Shown here piece by piece: positions 31,516-44,331 of a DNA stretch of 64,000 nucleotides (its first letter is position 1; each line of letters opens with the position of its first letter). The stretch spans positions 62,001-126,000 of the forward strand of contig LVLI01000176.1 of assembly GCA_001687465.1 (NCBI GenBank). Reading direction: 5' to 3'. Position numbers and translations under genes: made by a program. The notes under the pieces are model-generated. The model was not told where the DNA came from. It did no database searches and was given only the letters and a program-made list of their open reading frames with translations. The DNA is from Halocafeteria seosinensis. Taxonomy: Eukaryota.

Positions 31516-33930
31516 TTAATCAGTACCTTGAACATATGCTTCCCATTCTTTCTCCCCAGCCGACACCTGTTCCAGCGCCTTTCTGGCCGAAAATTCTTCG
31601 GAGCAGGCCACTCGGGAAGCTTTGTCCATAAAACCGTAGGCTTCCACTCCAGTCACTCTTAGTCTTGCGGAAGAGTCTTTCGACAATTTACCGTTGTTCA
31701 TGATACCAGCTTGTCTGCAGGATATCTGATTGAGAAGGCGCACAGATATGGTAGCTTCCTGCAAATCTCCGTGAATTTCAACTAAGGGTGCTTTCGGAGA
31801 ATCTTGTCCTCCTATTAGTAAATGAGCATGACCCTCGGCATTAATAGATACAAATTTGTTCTGCTTTAGGATACATTCACTGTCTGTGGTCCCCTCTTCC
31901 AAAGAATCAGGTATCTCGGCCCCATCGACTCGAACAGGGCAGCAATCTGGATGTACTTGGCAAACGAAATCATCAGAGGCCCCCACCCACGGAGCGCTCT
32001 TTTGCCACGCCCGCAATAGGCCTCCATTCAGATGAGACATATTGGTCTTGGTTGATAAGTTACGCAAAACCTGGTCAGCCGAGTTCCCTTCAGCCAATCG
32101 GCTATAGGACACGGAGGAATGAGTACGACGCAAAATGTCCGAATCGTGGCCACGACTGCCTGAATACTTTGATGACTGCGCTCTGTGTACGCCTGTACCA
32201 CCACCTGCACTGGTCTCAGATTCGCTAGTCCCAGTGAACCTTTCGATTCTCTTTATAAGAGGGGGTGTCGGCAAGCCATGCATGGAAAAGACTGCCAAAA
32301 CCATACTAGAGGAAGGCGACGCTTCCTGAGATCTGGGAGACACCCGGAGGAACAAGAGAATAGGAGCGATACCTTTCGTATGTTCCACGAGTTCGTCAAT
32401 GCTCCACCCATGTCTTCCAGAAAAGTAAAGAGGAAGCCAGTCACAGCTTGATACGGCTTTAGGTAACAAAGTTTCTAAAGAAGACAAATGCCGAGACATG
32501 GCAACGCAGTAAGCCTTAAATTTCCCCCGGGAGAGAGAGTTCATGAACTTTTGTAGTCCCTTCGCAGACACGTGATCCCACATTACATAATGATCCATGT
32601 AATTCTTCTCGGTCTTTTTCTTGACTTCCGCTATGTCCAACGAGCTAGCATACTCTCTTGAAGCGTCATCCGTCGTCGGTCTTGCCGGCGAGAAAAAACC
32701 ATAATGGTCAAATACTTTTCGCATTTCTTCATCCCCCGCGTCAGGATCGGCATCAAAACCACTATCATCTAATTCAGCCTTCACAAAGAAAGGCGGGTGA
32801 AAGAGCACCTTAGGGAAGTGCACAGTTTTTCCCATGTGATGAGATCTGTCAGACATAGAGGATATGGATCGAATATCATCCTCTGAAAACGAATCCTCCG
32901 CAGAGACTTTGAACCCGTGTGTTTGGGAGGTCCGCTTGAACTCGGCATAGTGCTTATCAATGTCATTTTTGGACAAGTTCCGAATGTTGAATCCGATTTC
33001 CGACAAAGAAGAAAACCGATACGGCTTTCTTTCAGCAGATTCTCCATTTCCGAGAACCCAGTTGCGCAGCGCCATCTCAAATTCGTAGGCAGTCTTGGTC
33101 TCCCTCAATTCTGCTTTGCGAAACTTGAGCCAAGCCAAACCCAGCCGGATTAGAATCTTCGGTCCTTCCGAGAGATACATATCAACTACACGATACACAT
33201 CTTCATGGGGCAGCCATCCACTGAAGAAATTCTGAAACCATGAGCGGAATATGGGTTTGACATCTTCTCCTCGCTGAAGGAGGTACATTACGTGGTCATA
33301 GATCTTGGACACTCTGCTCTTTACGATCTGTAGGAATGCGTACAAGAATGCATCTTCATCCGCTCTATTCACAAAAAACATAGTTTTTGTCCTTCCGCAG
33401 TGTACCAAATTTTCCAGTACAATGAATGCTTCCGCTTCGTTCAGGTAGTGCAGCAGAATCAGGGCCAAATTCGGTACCATGGGGCAGTACGTCAGACTTT
33501 CCAGTTGCGCAAGCACAGATACCACGCGGTCATGAGCCGCCGACAGGGCCACACTGGGTTGCTGCAGTAAGTACAGAGCGGGTTCAGGTACAGATTGCGG
33601 TTCCACCCCGAGAAAAGGCACTTTAAAGAGTTTCTTGGGAAGTGGGTTGGCATTTCCAAACACCTGAAGCGCGGGTTGCAGGTAGAAAACGAGGTTATTC
33701 GCTTGCACTCCTGCCAGTTTCATCCACATGAAGCGACGCTCCACGTGCGCCAGGCCGTTCCGACAGCGTAACTTGAGCTCCTGGTCTTTCTCTGTCCCGC
33801 CGGACGCCGTGCCGGCTCGACCATAGTCGTCGTCCCCTTTGCTGAAGGCGCCCAAGATGCCTCCTCGTCCTCCGGCAGCCGAATCTGAGGCCTGTTTCTG
33901 GATGGGAACTTCTTCAAGTGAGTACGACAT
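31516..33930 (-). CDS. TBC1D24-like protein (Rab-GAP TBC plus TLDc domain), 804 aa
   Basis: TBC motifs YCPMVPNLALILLHYL and RVVDMYLSEGPKILIRLGLA. TLDc motifs WLPLYFSGRHGWSIDEL, GAxDDFV, LLIGG and VEAYGF. Confidence 0.85.
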   Translation of the reverse strand: MSYSLEEVPIQKQASDSAAGGRGGILGAFSKGDDDYGRAGTASGGTEKDQELKLRCRNGLAHVERRFMWMKLAGVQANNLVFYLQPALQVFGNANPLPKKLFKVPFLGVEPQSVPEPALYLLQQPSVALSAAHDRVVSVLAQLESLTYCPMVPNLALILLHYLNEAEAFIVLENLVHCGRTKTMFFVNRADEDAFLYAFLQIVKSRVSKIYDHVMYLLQRGEDVKPIFRSWFQNFFSGWLPHEDVYRVVDMYLSEGPKILIRLGLAWLKFRKAELRETKTAYEFEMALRNWVLGNGESAERKPYRFSSLSEIGFNIRNLSKNDIDKHYAEFKRTSQTHGFKVSAEDSFSEDDIRSISSMSDRSHHMGKTVHFPKVLFHPPFFVKAELDDSGFDADPDAGDEEMRKVFDHYGFFSPARPTTDDASREYASSLDIAEVKKKTEKNYMDHYVMWDHVSAKGLQKFMNSLSRGKFKAYCVAMSRHLSSLETLLPKAVSSCDWLPLYFSGRHGWSIDELVEHTKGIAPILLFLRVSPRSQEASPSSSMVLAVFSMHGLPTPPLIKRIERFTGTSESETSAGGGTGVHRAQSSKYSGSRGHDSDILRRTHSSVSYSRLAEGNSADQVLRNLSTKTNMSHLNGGLLRAWQKSAPWVGASDDFVCQVHPDCCPVRVDGAEIPDSLEEGTTDSECILKQNKFVSINAEGHAHLLIGGQDSPKAPLVEIHGDLQEATISVRLLNQISCRQAGIMNNGKLSKDSSARLRVTGVEAYGFMDKASRVACSEEFSARKALEQVSAGEKEWEAYVQGTD

Positions 33931-34380
33931 TTTGAGACGGATGCAAGAAAAAGAACATTAGCCCTATAAGCTATCAACACACGTCGTATTTCCTTCACTT
34001 ATAAAGTATAAAGCGCTAAGGATGAGCATTGCGCAATCAACTGAGCCCAACAAAAGTTTGTCGTGTTGGGCCGCACTTCACTTGCCCAAGAAGTCAAACG
34101 CACGCAAGCTCAGCTCGAGTGTTGGAATGGCGGCGCCTACTAATTAGTAATAGTCCAGTGTATGTAATCAGAAACGATAGTGAATGAAAACGAGAAATCA
34201 TATAATTTTCGTTCAAGTGGAGTCTATACAACTCCTAAGTGTGCCGTTGCAGCTGCCAGTTCCAGCTTCATAGCCTATACCGAACTATTTATTAGCCATG
34301 ACTCTCGGTAGATGACTTTCCACTGCCTATGCATGCATTCTATGCGACCTTGAAGAAGGACTGTGTAAAGCTTCCGAAAT

Positions 34381-36352
34381 TCACCGGCCTCCGCTGAAGG
34401 CCGAAGCCCGAGAGCTAGTCTCCCAGGCGAATTCTCCCGCAGTGGACTGCGTGGTGCTACTAGTTCCACGTCGGCGCTTCAAATACCCGTGTGATACCCA
34501 GGTTCCATAACCAATCATGGCTTCCCGCAATATCAGCTCGAAGGATTGCCGTGTCCTTAATCCCACTCCCAACTCCTCTCACACCCATCAAACCAAGCCA
34601 AGAATACAGAGTTTCAACTGCTGGCCAGGGGAGATACCCTTGATGTGTGCAGATTCGATTCTATAAGATGTAGCAGAGTAGTAAAGAGAAGAGTCTTCGA
34701 AGACTTGTCGCCTTCGGCGAAGACGTCTTCAGCTCTACCTGTAAATCCCAAAGAGAGATGGAGTACTGGCTCCACATGAAGCACTTGAGACAGCCATATA
34801 AATTCACTCCTACAGCCAACTCTTGTCTGAAATAAAACAAGCGCACTTGCATTGTTCTGGAAAAGCACGCACCGTACAGCAATCACGTACCAGCTCTTCA
34901 TGGAATTCTTGCGAAGCGCTTGCCGGAGAGGTCTGCAACTAACTACTAGTGACCGTCTCAGCTGCTACAGTTCATTGAAATTTGCGTACCTTATCCAGTC
35001 CTCCATGAATGAAGCAAAAGTGCGGTACTATATGGGGGTGAGATTTCATCAGTTGTTTCAGGCCGTCCAAATTCCTGATTGGAGAATGATGATCAAAACA
35101 GTCAAAGCCATTCATGGATGGAGCCATTGGAGACATTAAATGAACCCCATTGATAGTTACAGGGGGGATTGCTGTGCTCATGGAGACGGACTAAAGTTCG
35201 AGACGCGAGAGAGTTATTTCGCAAAAGAAAAACACCAGCACGTACTGAGTTGGCGCCGAGACTCATGTGAATAATGAAACCTGATATCGTAAACGCCACT
35301 AATGCCAGTGAACGACTTAGTGCTTTGAAGCAATTGAATCAGCTTCCCTTTTTCGCCACATTGAGGTACTGATTCAGCTATTAGCTCCTTCGGTGCTCGT
35401 TGTGCAGCGCTCGCAATAGCCATGGCACATATATGAGCACCAGCCGAATGCCCAAGCAGGTTAATGTTCATGGGATCACCTCCATAGCGATGAATATTGT
35501 TCCTTGCCCATACTACTGCATCAATAACGTCTTCAACCATATCCGAAGCATTTCCAAGTGGATACACTCGGTAGTTGACAACTGCTACGATAGCACCTAA
35601 ATATGTCAAGTTCTTCCCGAGAGCAGCATATTCCCACTTATGTCCCCAAGCCCACGCTCCGCCTGAGCCCCAGCGAAATAAAAATAGTACCGAATGCATT
35701 GGCATGTTAGGCTTCCTACATACCATGGAAAAACAAGATCACGGGTCGATCCACCAGGTTTGGAATCTGCAGATGTTTCGGAGGTGTATCCGCCATCCTC
35801 GTTGTTCCTTCTACACAAGTAAGTTCTCACCTCGGGACTGTATATATCAAGTCGGCATCTGGAGTATTCTTTGACCACATCTGCTTTAACTCCGGAAGTG
35901 TTGCTCTTGTAGGAGATGTTGCGGTGAACATATCTGGAAGGAACCAGCACCGTCCACAGAATTCTACCCACAACCCGCGGGTACCTGGAGAGACCATGCT
36001 TCATGTGAGTTCCGAAAACGTCCGCAGTAGTCACGAGTTTCAAACGTACAGAAAAGCGAAAACGACTTGTCCGAATTGAATACTATCATGCAGTAAAACA
36101 TCTGTGACTGTTCGATAGAGCGTTTCCGGAATCGTCAATGGTCGCCCTGAAGATACCTCAAGGCAAATAAAGATGACGCCGGATGAATTCCTGGTCTAAT
36201 GTCCTCATACACCACGTACCATCCGTCTCCGGGAAAATAAAACCCTTCTGAGCACTTCGGGAAGGCCGTATCCTGTAAAAATGCCGTAAGAATCGGCCCC
36301 AGAGGCGTAGCACTGCCAAGGTTAGGGCGAGTTTGTACCAAAGCTTGTCCAT
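34381..36352 (-). CDS. Alpha/beta-hydrolase like isoprenylcysteine methylesterase (ICME/PCME); multi-exon
   Basis: GGAWAWGHK, VNYRVYP, YGGDPMNINLLGHSAGAH (GxSxG nucleophile) and GISGVYDI..H..HE are spread over spliced ORFs. Gene ends are approximate. Confidence 0.85.
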
Positions 36353-36825
36353 TTCATTCCCATCCACGCACGCAGATGCACTTATTTATTAATTTTTCAC
36401 CTTGTTCTAAGAGCTGTAGATACCCAAAGAGTGCAATTTATAGCATTTGCTGGCTGACCGCAGCAAGCTGCGGCTGTCCTTAACACAACTTCAACATAGC
36501 CAAGTTGAACATCTTTATTGCTTCGCCGAGGTTACTTCGCTTCCTCGGTGTGAAAAAATGTCAGTAGATGTGATAAGTGTTTTTACGTTATGAAGTCAGT
36601 GAGTATTGTTACGTCGATGAACTGTGTATTTGAGGGAAACACACTTCTTTATTCTCATTCATTGATATCTGGTTCAAACTTCCACAGTAAGATATGTAAT
36701 GCGGAGTACTCCACACTGCCGGACATCCAAATCTGTTGGGTAATCGACTCGGTGCGCCAATCTGAGTGAGGACCTGAAGCAGATAGACGTAGGGAGCCAG
36801 TCACGTCAAGAGTAATCTCTGTTGC

Positions 36826-39591
36826 TTAACCGTGTTTTGACTGCTTCTGGTACATTTCCATTAACTCCGAAGCTGCACAGCTAACATGAGCACTCACGCA
36901 GGCCGCCTAATTAAGAGTCGTACATACGTTGTTCCTTACCTGTTGTAGCCTCCTCTGGTGTTTTATCTTCTCGGATACGATAAAATCGCGGGAACCGGCA
37001 TGCAATGCCTTTATTACTTGCCTCCTCTTCTTCTAGCAGATGCGACGCAGCTCGGTGAACACTTGACAACGTAAATTCAGCAGCTCGAATCTCCCAAACC
37101 TGGCACGGTTTGAACCATAAGGGAGGCCGCTCTGTTGTCTCATATTGTTCTGGAATGCGCCCCTCAGATACATTTAAGAGATTGTCCCCGGAATAAAACT
37201 CCTTCATCCACTGTGTGTCGGAAATAACAGTATCACACTTCTACGGTATACAGTAGCCTATGTCGCAACGTCTTCCGCTACTACACGCACCTTGTAAAAA
37301 GCATCAGAGAATCCACTCATGCATCGGCAAACAGATTGCCATTTTTGAAATTCTTCATCGTAGCATCCCAATAGTACGGGTGAGTACCAGCCAGCCTTCC
37401 TGCGGACAAATGCACCACGCTAAACGCTTCAAACACAGTGGACAAGAACAATACGCCTCATAACGGCAGAGTCATACCTCCCATTCCCGTACCAAGCGCC
37501 AATGGGGACCAAGTCCAAGCTATCAGCCAGCTCATCGACGTAGTCACGTTTCAATTTTAGCCAAGTATCGCTTCTCTCAGATGGGACGTAAAGTGAATAG
37601 TCACCTGCTTCAGCCGATGTATCACTTGCCTCTAGATGCTTTTGCAACAGCAGTTTAGGTTTGAACGTTCCATCTTCGATCTGGGTGGTTGCTTTCTCTA
37701 GTAGGTCTTGACCACCCGGAGAAATTCCGGATGAGAGGGACATCAATGCAGAGCTGTAGGCTCCGCAATGGCCAAGACATTTGCAAATGACTCCCTCACA
37801 ACTATCAGATGCTGCACCGTTTATCCACTCATCAATAATCTTAGCACATTCGGAATCATTGGGGCTGACTACGACACCATCAGTAACGATAAACTTTCCC
37901 TTGATGACCGGGAAGTAAGAAAGTAGTAGGAGCCTCCGGGTCCACAGCGGCAAACGTAGCAGATCTTGCCCATTCAGGTAAAGCAAATCGAAAGCACAAA
38001 CACAAACGTTAACGTTGACATCCTCGACGTTTACCTCTTTCCTGTTCCGGGAAGATAAAGTCTGGAAGGGCAATATTCTACCTGTCTCTCCCTTTTCAAC
38101 AGCAACGACTTCGACATCGAGAATGAAAGATTCCGTCTTCTCCCCGAAACGGTGGGCTATACCGCTTGGAAGTTCGGAGCTACTTTTGGCAATTCGGTCC
38201 ATTACTTCCCTCACATCGGGCCATCTCTCGGTGCAGTCCTCAAGATGTCGGCTGTAGACGCGCGAACAACGAGCGCCATGACTTCCAGAGTAATGAATTT
38301 GCGCTCTCTGACCATCATACTTGTACTCCACGAGAAAAGGTCCACTACTCTTCCCTTTGTGCGCAACTGAGTTAAAATGTTCCACGGCTTCCGAAGATTT
38401 ACTACATGCTTTAGCTAACATAGGCTGGACAGGAACTCCCATGTGAACCGTGCAACATTTTCTTAACTGACTGACACCCTTATCTACAATTATCTCCGCC
38501 ACCGTTCTTAGAGACGAACAAATTGAGAACGAGAACTTGACGTCCTTATATACCTGCTCAAGCTCACTCTTTAGTTTGCTTTCAGTGGTACCCAATGTTT
38601 TAAACCCGTATACCTCATGAACAAACGCACCGTTTCCTAAGGCCTGCAGGACTGTTAAAACGCTAGCTCCAATCCTTAAATTGCCAACAAGAATGCGCAT
38701 TATGTAACGTATCTGCTCAGTTCCTTTGGCGGCACGCAGGAGTTTCCCGACAATAGATCGCTTCCGACTAGCACTTCCCTCTCCAGTTTGTTCAGAGATT
38801 TGCAAGAGCATTTCGTGAATTCCGGAAACCGTCAGATCAGGAAGCTTTACGAGAGTCTGTTGACTTCTTACACAAGTAGCGGCTACATCACCTAAGTCGC
38901 CTAAGGATCTGTACAATTCTTGAACTTTCTTGCGCTTCACACCCGCCACTTCGCATAGCACAGATACTACCAACGAGCCTCCAATACCCAGTTCAACTCC
39001 CTCAAACGATGGCGCAATTTGGTTAGTGAAGAGGTACAAAGCAGGTAGGACATCTTTAGGTGTGTACGCCAACTGGACGCGAAAGAAGTTGGCCATCATG
39101 CGAATAATTGCAAGACGCTTTGTAGTACTGTCCACCGCAGCAAAGACACTCGCCAGCATAGCATACGGACACCGGGATCCCGGCTGTATCGAAAACGCTT
39201 CTGCTTGCCTACAGGGATCAAACTCTTCCAACAAAGTATCCCAATCCTGCTGAGCATTACGACGATCGCCGGGAATTGAATTGTGGCTGACCGTAGCGGT
39301 GGAAGGCTTCACCTCAGCGGACGCTGCAGATGTATGAACGGAAGCTTGACTGGTTCCCACAGTAGCACCCACTGCTTCGCTACCGCTGTTAGTTTGCTCA
39401 TCGCCCACAAGTGAAATTTCATTGCTACCATCGTCCTGAGCTACCCTCGGCTTCTTGACGGGTCTCTCGGGGGCTGGTGGCTCCTGCTTCTCACCGTCAT
39501 TTTCGTCTCCAGTGAGATCTACCACATTCGTATTTGAAGTAGTTTTCTTTCGACTAGGCGAAAGAAAATAATGAAGACTTCCCTGTTGCAT
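36826..39591 (-). CDS. ATP-dependent DNA ligase, ligase I family, LIG6-like; 4 exons
   Basis: Adenylation motif EYKYDGQRAQIH, plus FDLLYLNG, CEGVICK, WLKLKRDYVDELADSLDLVPIGAWYGNGR/KAGWYSP and RFPRFYRIREDK. Confidence 0.95.
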
Positions 39592-40160
39592 CAGTGCTCG
39601 AAAAGGGAAGGAATGGAATGCTACCAGACCCCCCCTGACGTCAGCACCACCAGAACGGATCAAGCAACTATTACGATGAACACGCTCTTTACAATACTGA
39701 ACGATGAGCTCCAGACAACACCAGTCTGGTCCAGTGGTCTTATTTTGTTTGAGACTCTGAGTCCTTGACTATATAAACGACTCGCGTGATAGGCGGTTCG
39801 TCTGTGAAGTTGCGGAAGAACCCACTGCACTGCGACTGCAGTCTGCGGGACGGGTCACGCGGCTGCAGGATTCCATTGATAATAGGCGCTCCACCTTGTA
39901 CACGTTCTGGCCATCGATCAAGCGTATGCCTTGATCGCTTGCTGTGTTGTACATTGTCTGTACAGCTTATCCAAAAAGTACTTGATTATCCGTTTTCCGG
40001 AGACTTCGTTTGCTGTTGTGGTTGCCAGCTGTATTTGAAGTCGGTGTGGGTCTGTTCAAGTTTATACTAAACTATATATACTATTATTGGACACCTGGTC
40101 CTCCTGTTATAGTGCGCTGAGCACTATTTTCTAACGTAACTGAGTTGTCGCGTAACACAA

Positions 40161-42350
40161 TCACATGGAGCCCATTTCGTGAAATTGTCTCACATCCATC
40201 CTTCTAAATGACTTGCTTATACGTTTGCGCCAGTATTCATTGTGCGAACTATTTGAGAAGACTAAACGTACACCGTACAACCAGTGAAATCGAATGATGG
40301 GATCGGCCATGTTTCCGTACCATTCCTCAATTTGAGTATCCGTCACTGTATCACTACGAAGCTCAATAACGTTCCCGGGAGTTGGAAACTGTTCCTCTTC
40401 ACCAAAGATATTGCCGAAATAAGGTATTTTATTACCGTGGCTGGCAGTTATACTTTGCTGGTGGTGGTTCCTAACCGATTCACTCAAGAGCAGAACCATC
40501 GTGGACGGAGAATGCCGGGGATAAGCACCACTGAGCTCCAGCCGGATATCCGACGGCACGAGCTGATTATATCGAAACATATTCTCCCTCGCGTGTTTAT
40601 GTACCTCAAAAAACGACCGTACACTCCAATGAGCATTTAAAGGACAACTGTCATCCTCGATAAACAAAGCTGTACATTCGCCTCGAATATCCCAATCGCA
40701 TTGATGGCATCGAAATCTTGGTAAGATGACAGAGCGGCCCAAAATTTCTCCTAGTTTCAGAGCCACTTGCAGGTTTATTGATTCTTCCTCAAGTGTAACG
40801 CCTGGATCAGGGTTCCCATACTCAAGAAACTTCTGCCGCGGATCAGTATAGTATCTGCTAGCGGCAAAAAATACGACCGCCTTGTTTTTCCAAGCCACAG
40901 TTCCTACACACTTTCGTCAGAGGAAAACTTACCCTGGTGGAGAGTCTACTAGCCACATTAGATGCTCTTTGAATCGATAAATTTTAGCATCCCTTCCCAC
41001 TATAAAATTATTGTGGACGATGATGCAGTTAGGACATGGGGATTGCCCTGCAAACATCCTACGAGTGTGGGCAAAGTAAGTAAGTCCAACTGGATACGCT
41101 TCTCGAGGTAGCACCTGCAATGCACAGTTCGCATCAATAGCATCAAGCACAACCGTTGAGGGTGGTGGTGAATACCTTCATCTTCAGGGATGATTCTCTC
41201 ATGTTTTTGATTGCTGCCTCAACCGCTGTTTGCTGTCTCTTGGTTGCGGCAGACGTTCCATAGTTGCTGAGTCTAAGTGCCTCACCTGAGTTCACGAAAA
41301 AATACAGCAATATGGCGTTCATGAAAGCACACTTTGCCTTCCCTTACCAGCAAACGTTACTCCCGCTCGAGTACACCGCAAGAGCATAAATCCGCTGTTT
41401 GGAGAGTGGAGGTCGTCTTGAATGAGCAGGTCATACTCTTCATACTTGGCTCTCAACAGATCCTTTAGCGGATCCTGAAGAAATACGATATCCACATCAG
41501 ACAGTAACACATTGTATCCCATCAGTAAGATGCTTAGCATAGCCTCCGTCTTGACATTCACTACGGTCGCAAATTCGGTACTGCCGAAGTTGCCTCCTTC
41601 CATCTCCCGCGGAAACTCGAAGCAACTGGCTGTCATTGAAGCGAGCGATGTACAAAACCCTCTCGACAAGCCGATAACCAAATAGTTAGTATAGTTGAGT
41701 GGACGAATAGAAGTAGCAATGAAATTTTCCGTCATGCTAAGATAGGTTGCGTCGCTAATTGATAAAACAATGAGGCCGTCTCTTGCTGTGTTTGAAACCA
41801 ATTCCTGCAGCCGTTTGTGATATACGATATCCGGTATTGGTATGGGCCAGAGAGGCTGCACAAACTCTTTAGGAAGCGATCCAACATCTGTAAACGGAAT
41901 ACTTCCTTCTTGGCGTATAATGCGAAAGCGCTTGAAAGATGGGTATCCTATGAATACAATATTAAGCCACTGTCTCTCCACTCCACTAGCTCGTGGTATC
42001 AAGAAGTGCTCACAATCCGTAAAGCAAGCAACTTGAGGCCCCGTAAAAGCTTTGTGGAGTTGTATACTCTTCTCAACACCGGTAGGATTCTTGCCAAAAT
42101 TCACATTGTAGGCTTGGGCCGCTCTATGAATGTACTCCGTAAAATATTCTGGCGTGTGTGTCGTGAAGATGTAGATTCCCTGCTGTTGCCTAATGCTCTT
42201 GGTCCTCCAGTTGGAACTCCCGTCCCCTTGGTGGATTACAACAGCCTTGACGGGGGGATTAACACAGTAGAGCGCAGCCACGTACCAAAACAATAGGCAT
42301 GTCATGCAAGCTCTAGGAACTTTGGTGCCGAAGACCCCCATTACTGACAT
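40161..42350 (-). CDS. Nucleotide-diphospho-sugar transferase (GT77-like) with signal anchor; multi-exon
   Basis: GYNVLLSDVDIVFLQDP (DxD), NSGFMLLR, IVHNNFIVGRDAKIYRFKEHLMW and an N-terminal hydrophobic segment. Confidence 0.88.
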
Positions 42351-42670
42351 CTCTTACGTAGTGACCCGTTGCTCACCGCTGAATGCCACTTCACTTGACG
42401 CGCTAAAGTACACCTTTTGGAAGGCCGGTATATATCGTCATGCGAATGAACTAACAGCTACCATAAATCTTTCGTCCTAGTAGAGTGCGCAAAAGTTGTC
42501 CTCCTTAAATATTGAGTTCTTATTGTCTTACTCGGGGGTAGCAGGTCAAATTGATCACTTCTGTGGACAAGAGCTTTTTGCTTGCCAAACATACGCTTCA
42601 AAACTCACCGGATAATTCTATCCTACCTATATACATAAACTTCGTGCACATGTCTGATTACAAGTGAGAG

Positions 42671-44300
42671 ATGAAGGATGAACGCGCACTTCCTTACTGG
42701 AGGCAGTCTGGAGCGATCGAAGAAGACATTCTTTTCATTCACTTACCGAGGCAAAATTCAAATACTCCAGGTTCCTTCATTCAATTCATTTTCCACTCCA
42801 TTGTGAGCGTTTCCTAGTCTAGAAGTGTTCCTCTTTATGTATCAACCATTGATCGCCATGGAATCGATCTCGGCGCGGGTGTACAGCCACTATAAAGCCG
42901 TGGAGCGCGCGGCACGACGCGCTGGTATGGTTCAAAACGACCGTCGCGCTCCGTGGAATTCGTCCGAGAGGTACGCCATGCACATACGGTGCCCCAGCTG
43001 AATGACTACCAGGCTGCATTGTAAATATGTAGTCCTTTGGTCAACGTGATTTCTGTATGCTGTACGCAGATACGTAGGAGGAGACCCGGAAGCGTTCACG
43101 GAACTTTTACAATGGACCTTAACGGAAAGTGATCCCAAGATTGCAAAACTAGTGTGGCAACATGTACGTAGGCTTCGGCGAATGGTACTGGTCCAGTGCT
43201 TGTCAATGATGTGGGGATGAGGTTGGATCTCGGTGCAGGGATATCTGCTTCACAGAGCTCGGTACTCGCAGAGCCTTATAATCGAGTTATTTAGAGCCAT
43301 TGAAGAAATATTCGGTCTCAACAACACTCTAAGTGTGGGGCAATTTTGTAGCACAGGTTACACAGAAGTGAAGTTATCTTACATTCACCAAGTACGTTCC
43401 AAACTGGGCTATCTATCCGTCGCCTTCTTAAGTTCCGAAGGGTCCATTTGAATATCGCAGGTTCTGAACCACTGCGCTAAAAGAACTGCTTCCACGGGTA
43501 AGCCGAACGTAAAGGCACGGGTTACGTCTAGGCATAAGGAAATAAACAAGAAAGAACAAAACCAAAAGTCCAATGTTGCTAAGAGCACCAACAGAAACCA
43601 AACTCCGGAGGCGCCACAACAAGAATCGAAAACGAGGCTTCGGAAAGTGAAAGGACCCCAGCAACCGCGCTATCCGGAAAGAGCAGAGTTCAAACATGGA
43701 GAGTATGCCATTGGGTTTGGAGCATCACATCAAGGGGATGATCGGTTAGCAAGCATCTGCAGACCGCCTCTAACCCGCCCACATTTTCAACCCACTTACG
43801 ACATAGACCCTGCTTTCCTTCAGGCCCTAGAGTATATCGCCAGTATTAGTGATGCTGGAATTGAAGATGTGCGAAAAGGTATTCAGCAAACCCGAGAACG
43901 GATGGGTTCTAAAGTATCGTCGAGTAAAAACGTTCAAAGTGATATGCCCATCGGGGGTAATCAAGCGAAAGATGTGGATGCGTTGGTCCCTCATCCCAAG
44001 AACCTTGCAGGCGAACCCCTTATTCGGGAAATGCCATTACTTTTGGTGCATTGGAAAAATACCATGATGCAGATGGCAGAGCAAGTGGAGAGAGAATGCA
44101 AGGCGAAGTTGAATAAAATAGAATTCAACGTCAACTGCCTTCATCACCGTTTGAACGCCAGCCGGTCACCTCTGCCGCAGAAGAAGAAGCGAAAAACTAG
44201 AAGAGAAGCTACTACATCAACTGACGTTTTCCTTAAACCTTCGAAATCCAATGTATATTTGAGTTGGATGGACAGTATTATCGATAGTACTATCATATAA
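42671..44300 (+). CDS. Hypothetical multi-exon protein with a basic NLS-like C-terminal segment
   Basis: ATG at 42671, several GT-AG introns (e.g. gtgagc ~42803, gtacgt ~43164) and a long last exon containing KKKRKTRR. No family recognised. Confidence 0.5.
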
Positions 44301-44331
44301 ATCGATGCAGGGTCGCTTTACTTGGGCGTAC

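Noticed and set aside
36458..36473. Palindrome ccgcagc-aa-gctgcgg and nearby C/D-box-like words
   Set aside because: A 7-bp stem is expected by chance, and no coherent snoRNA with terminal stem and guide was identified.
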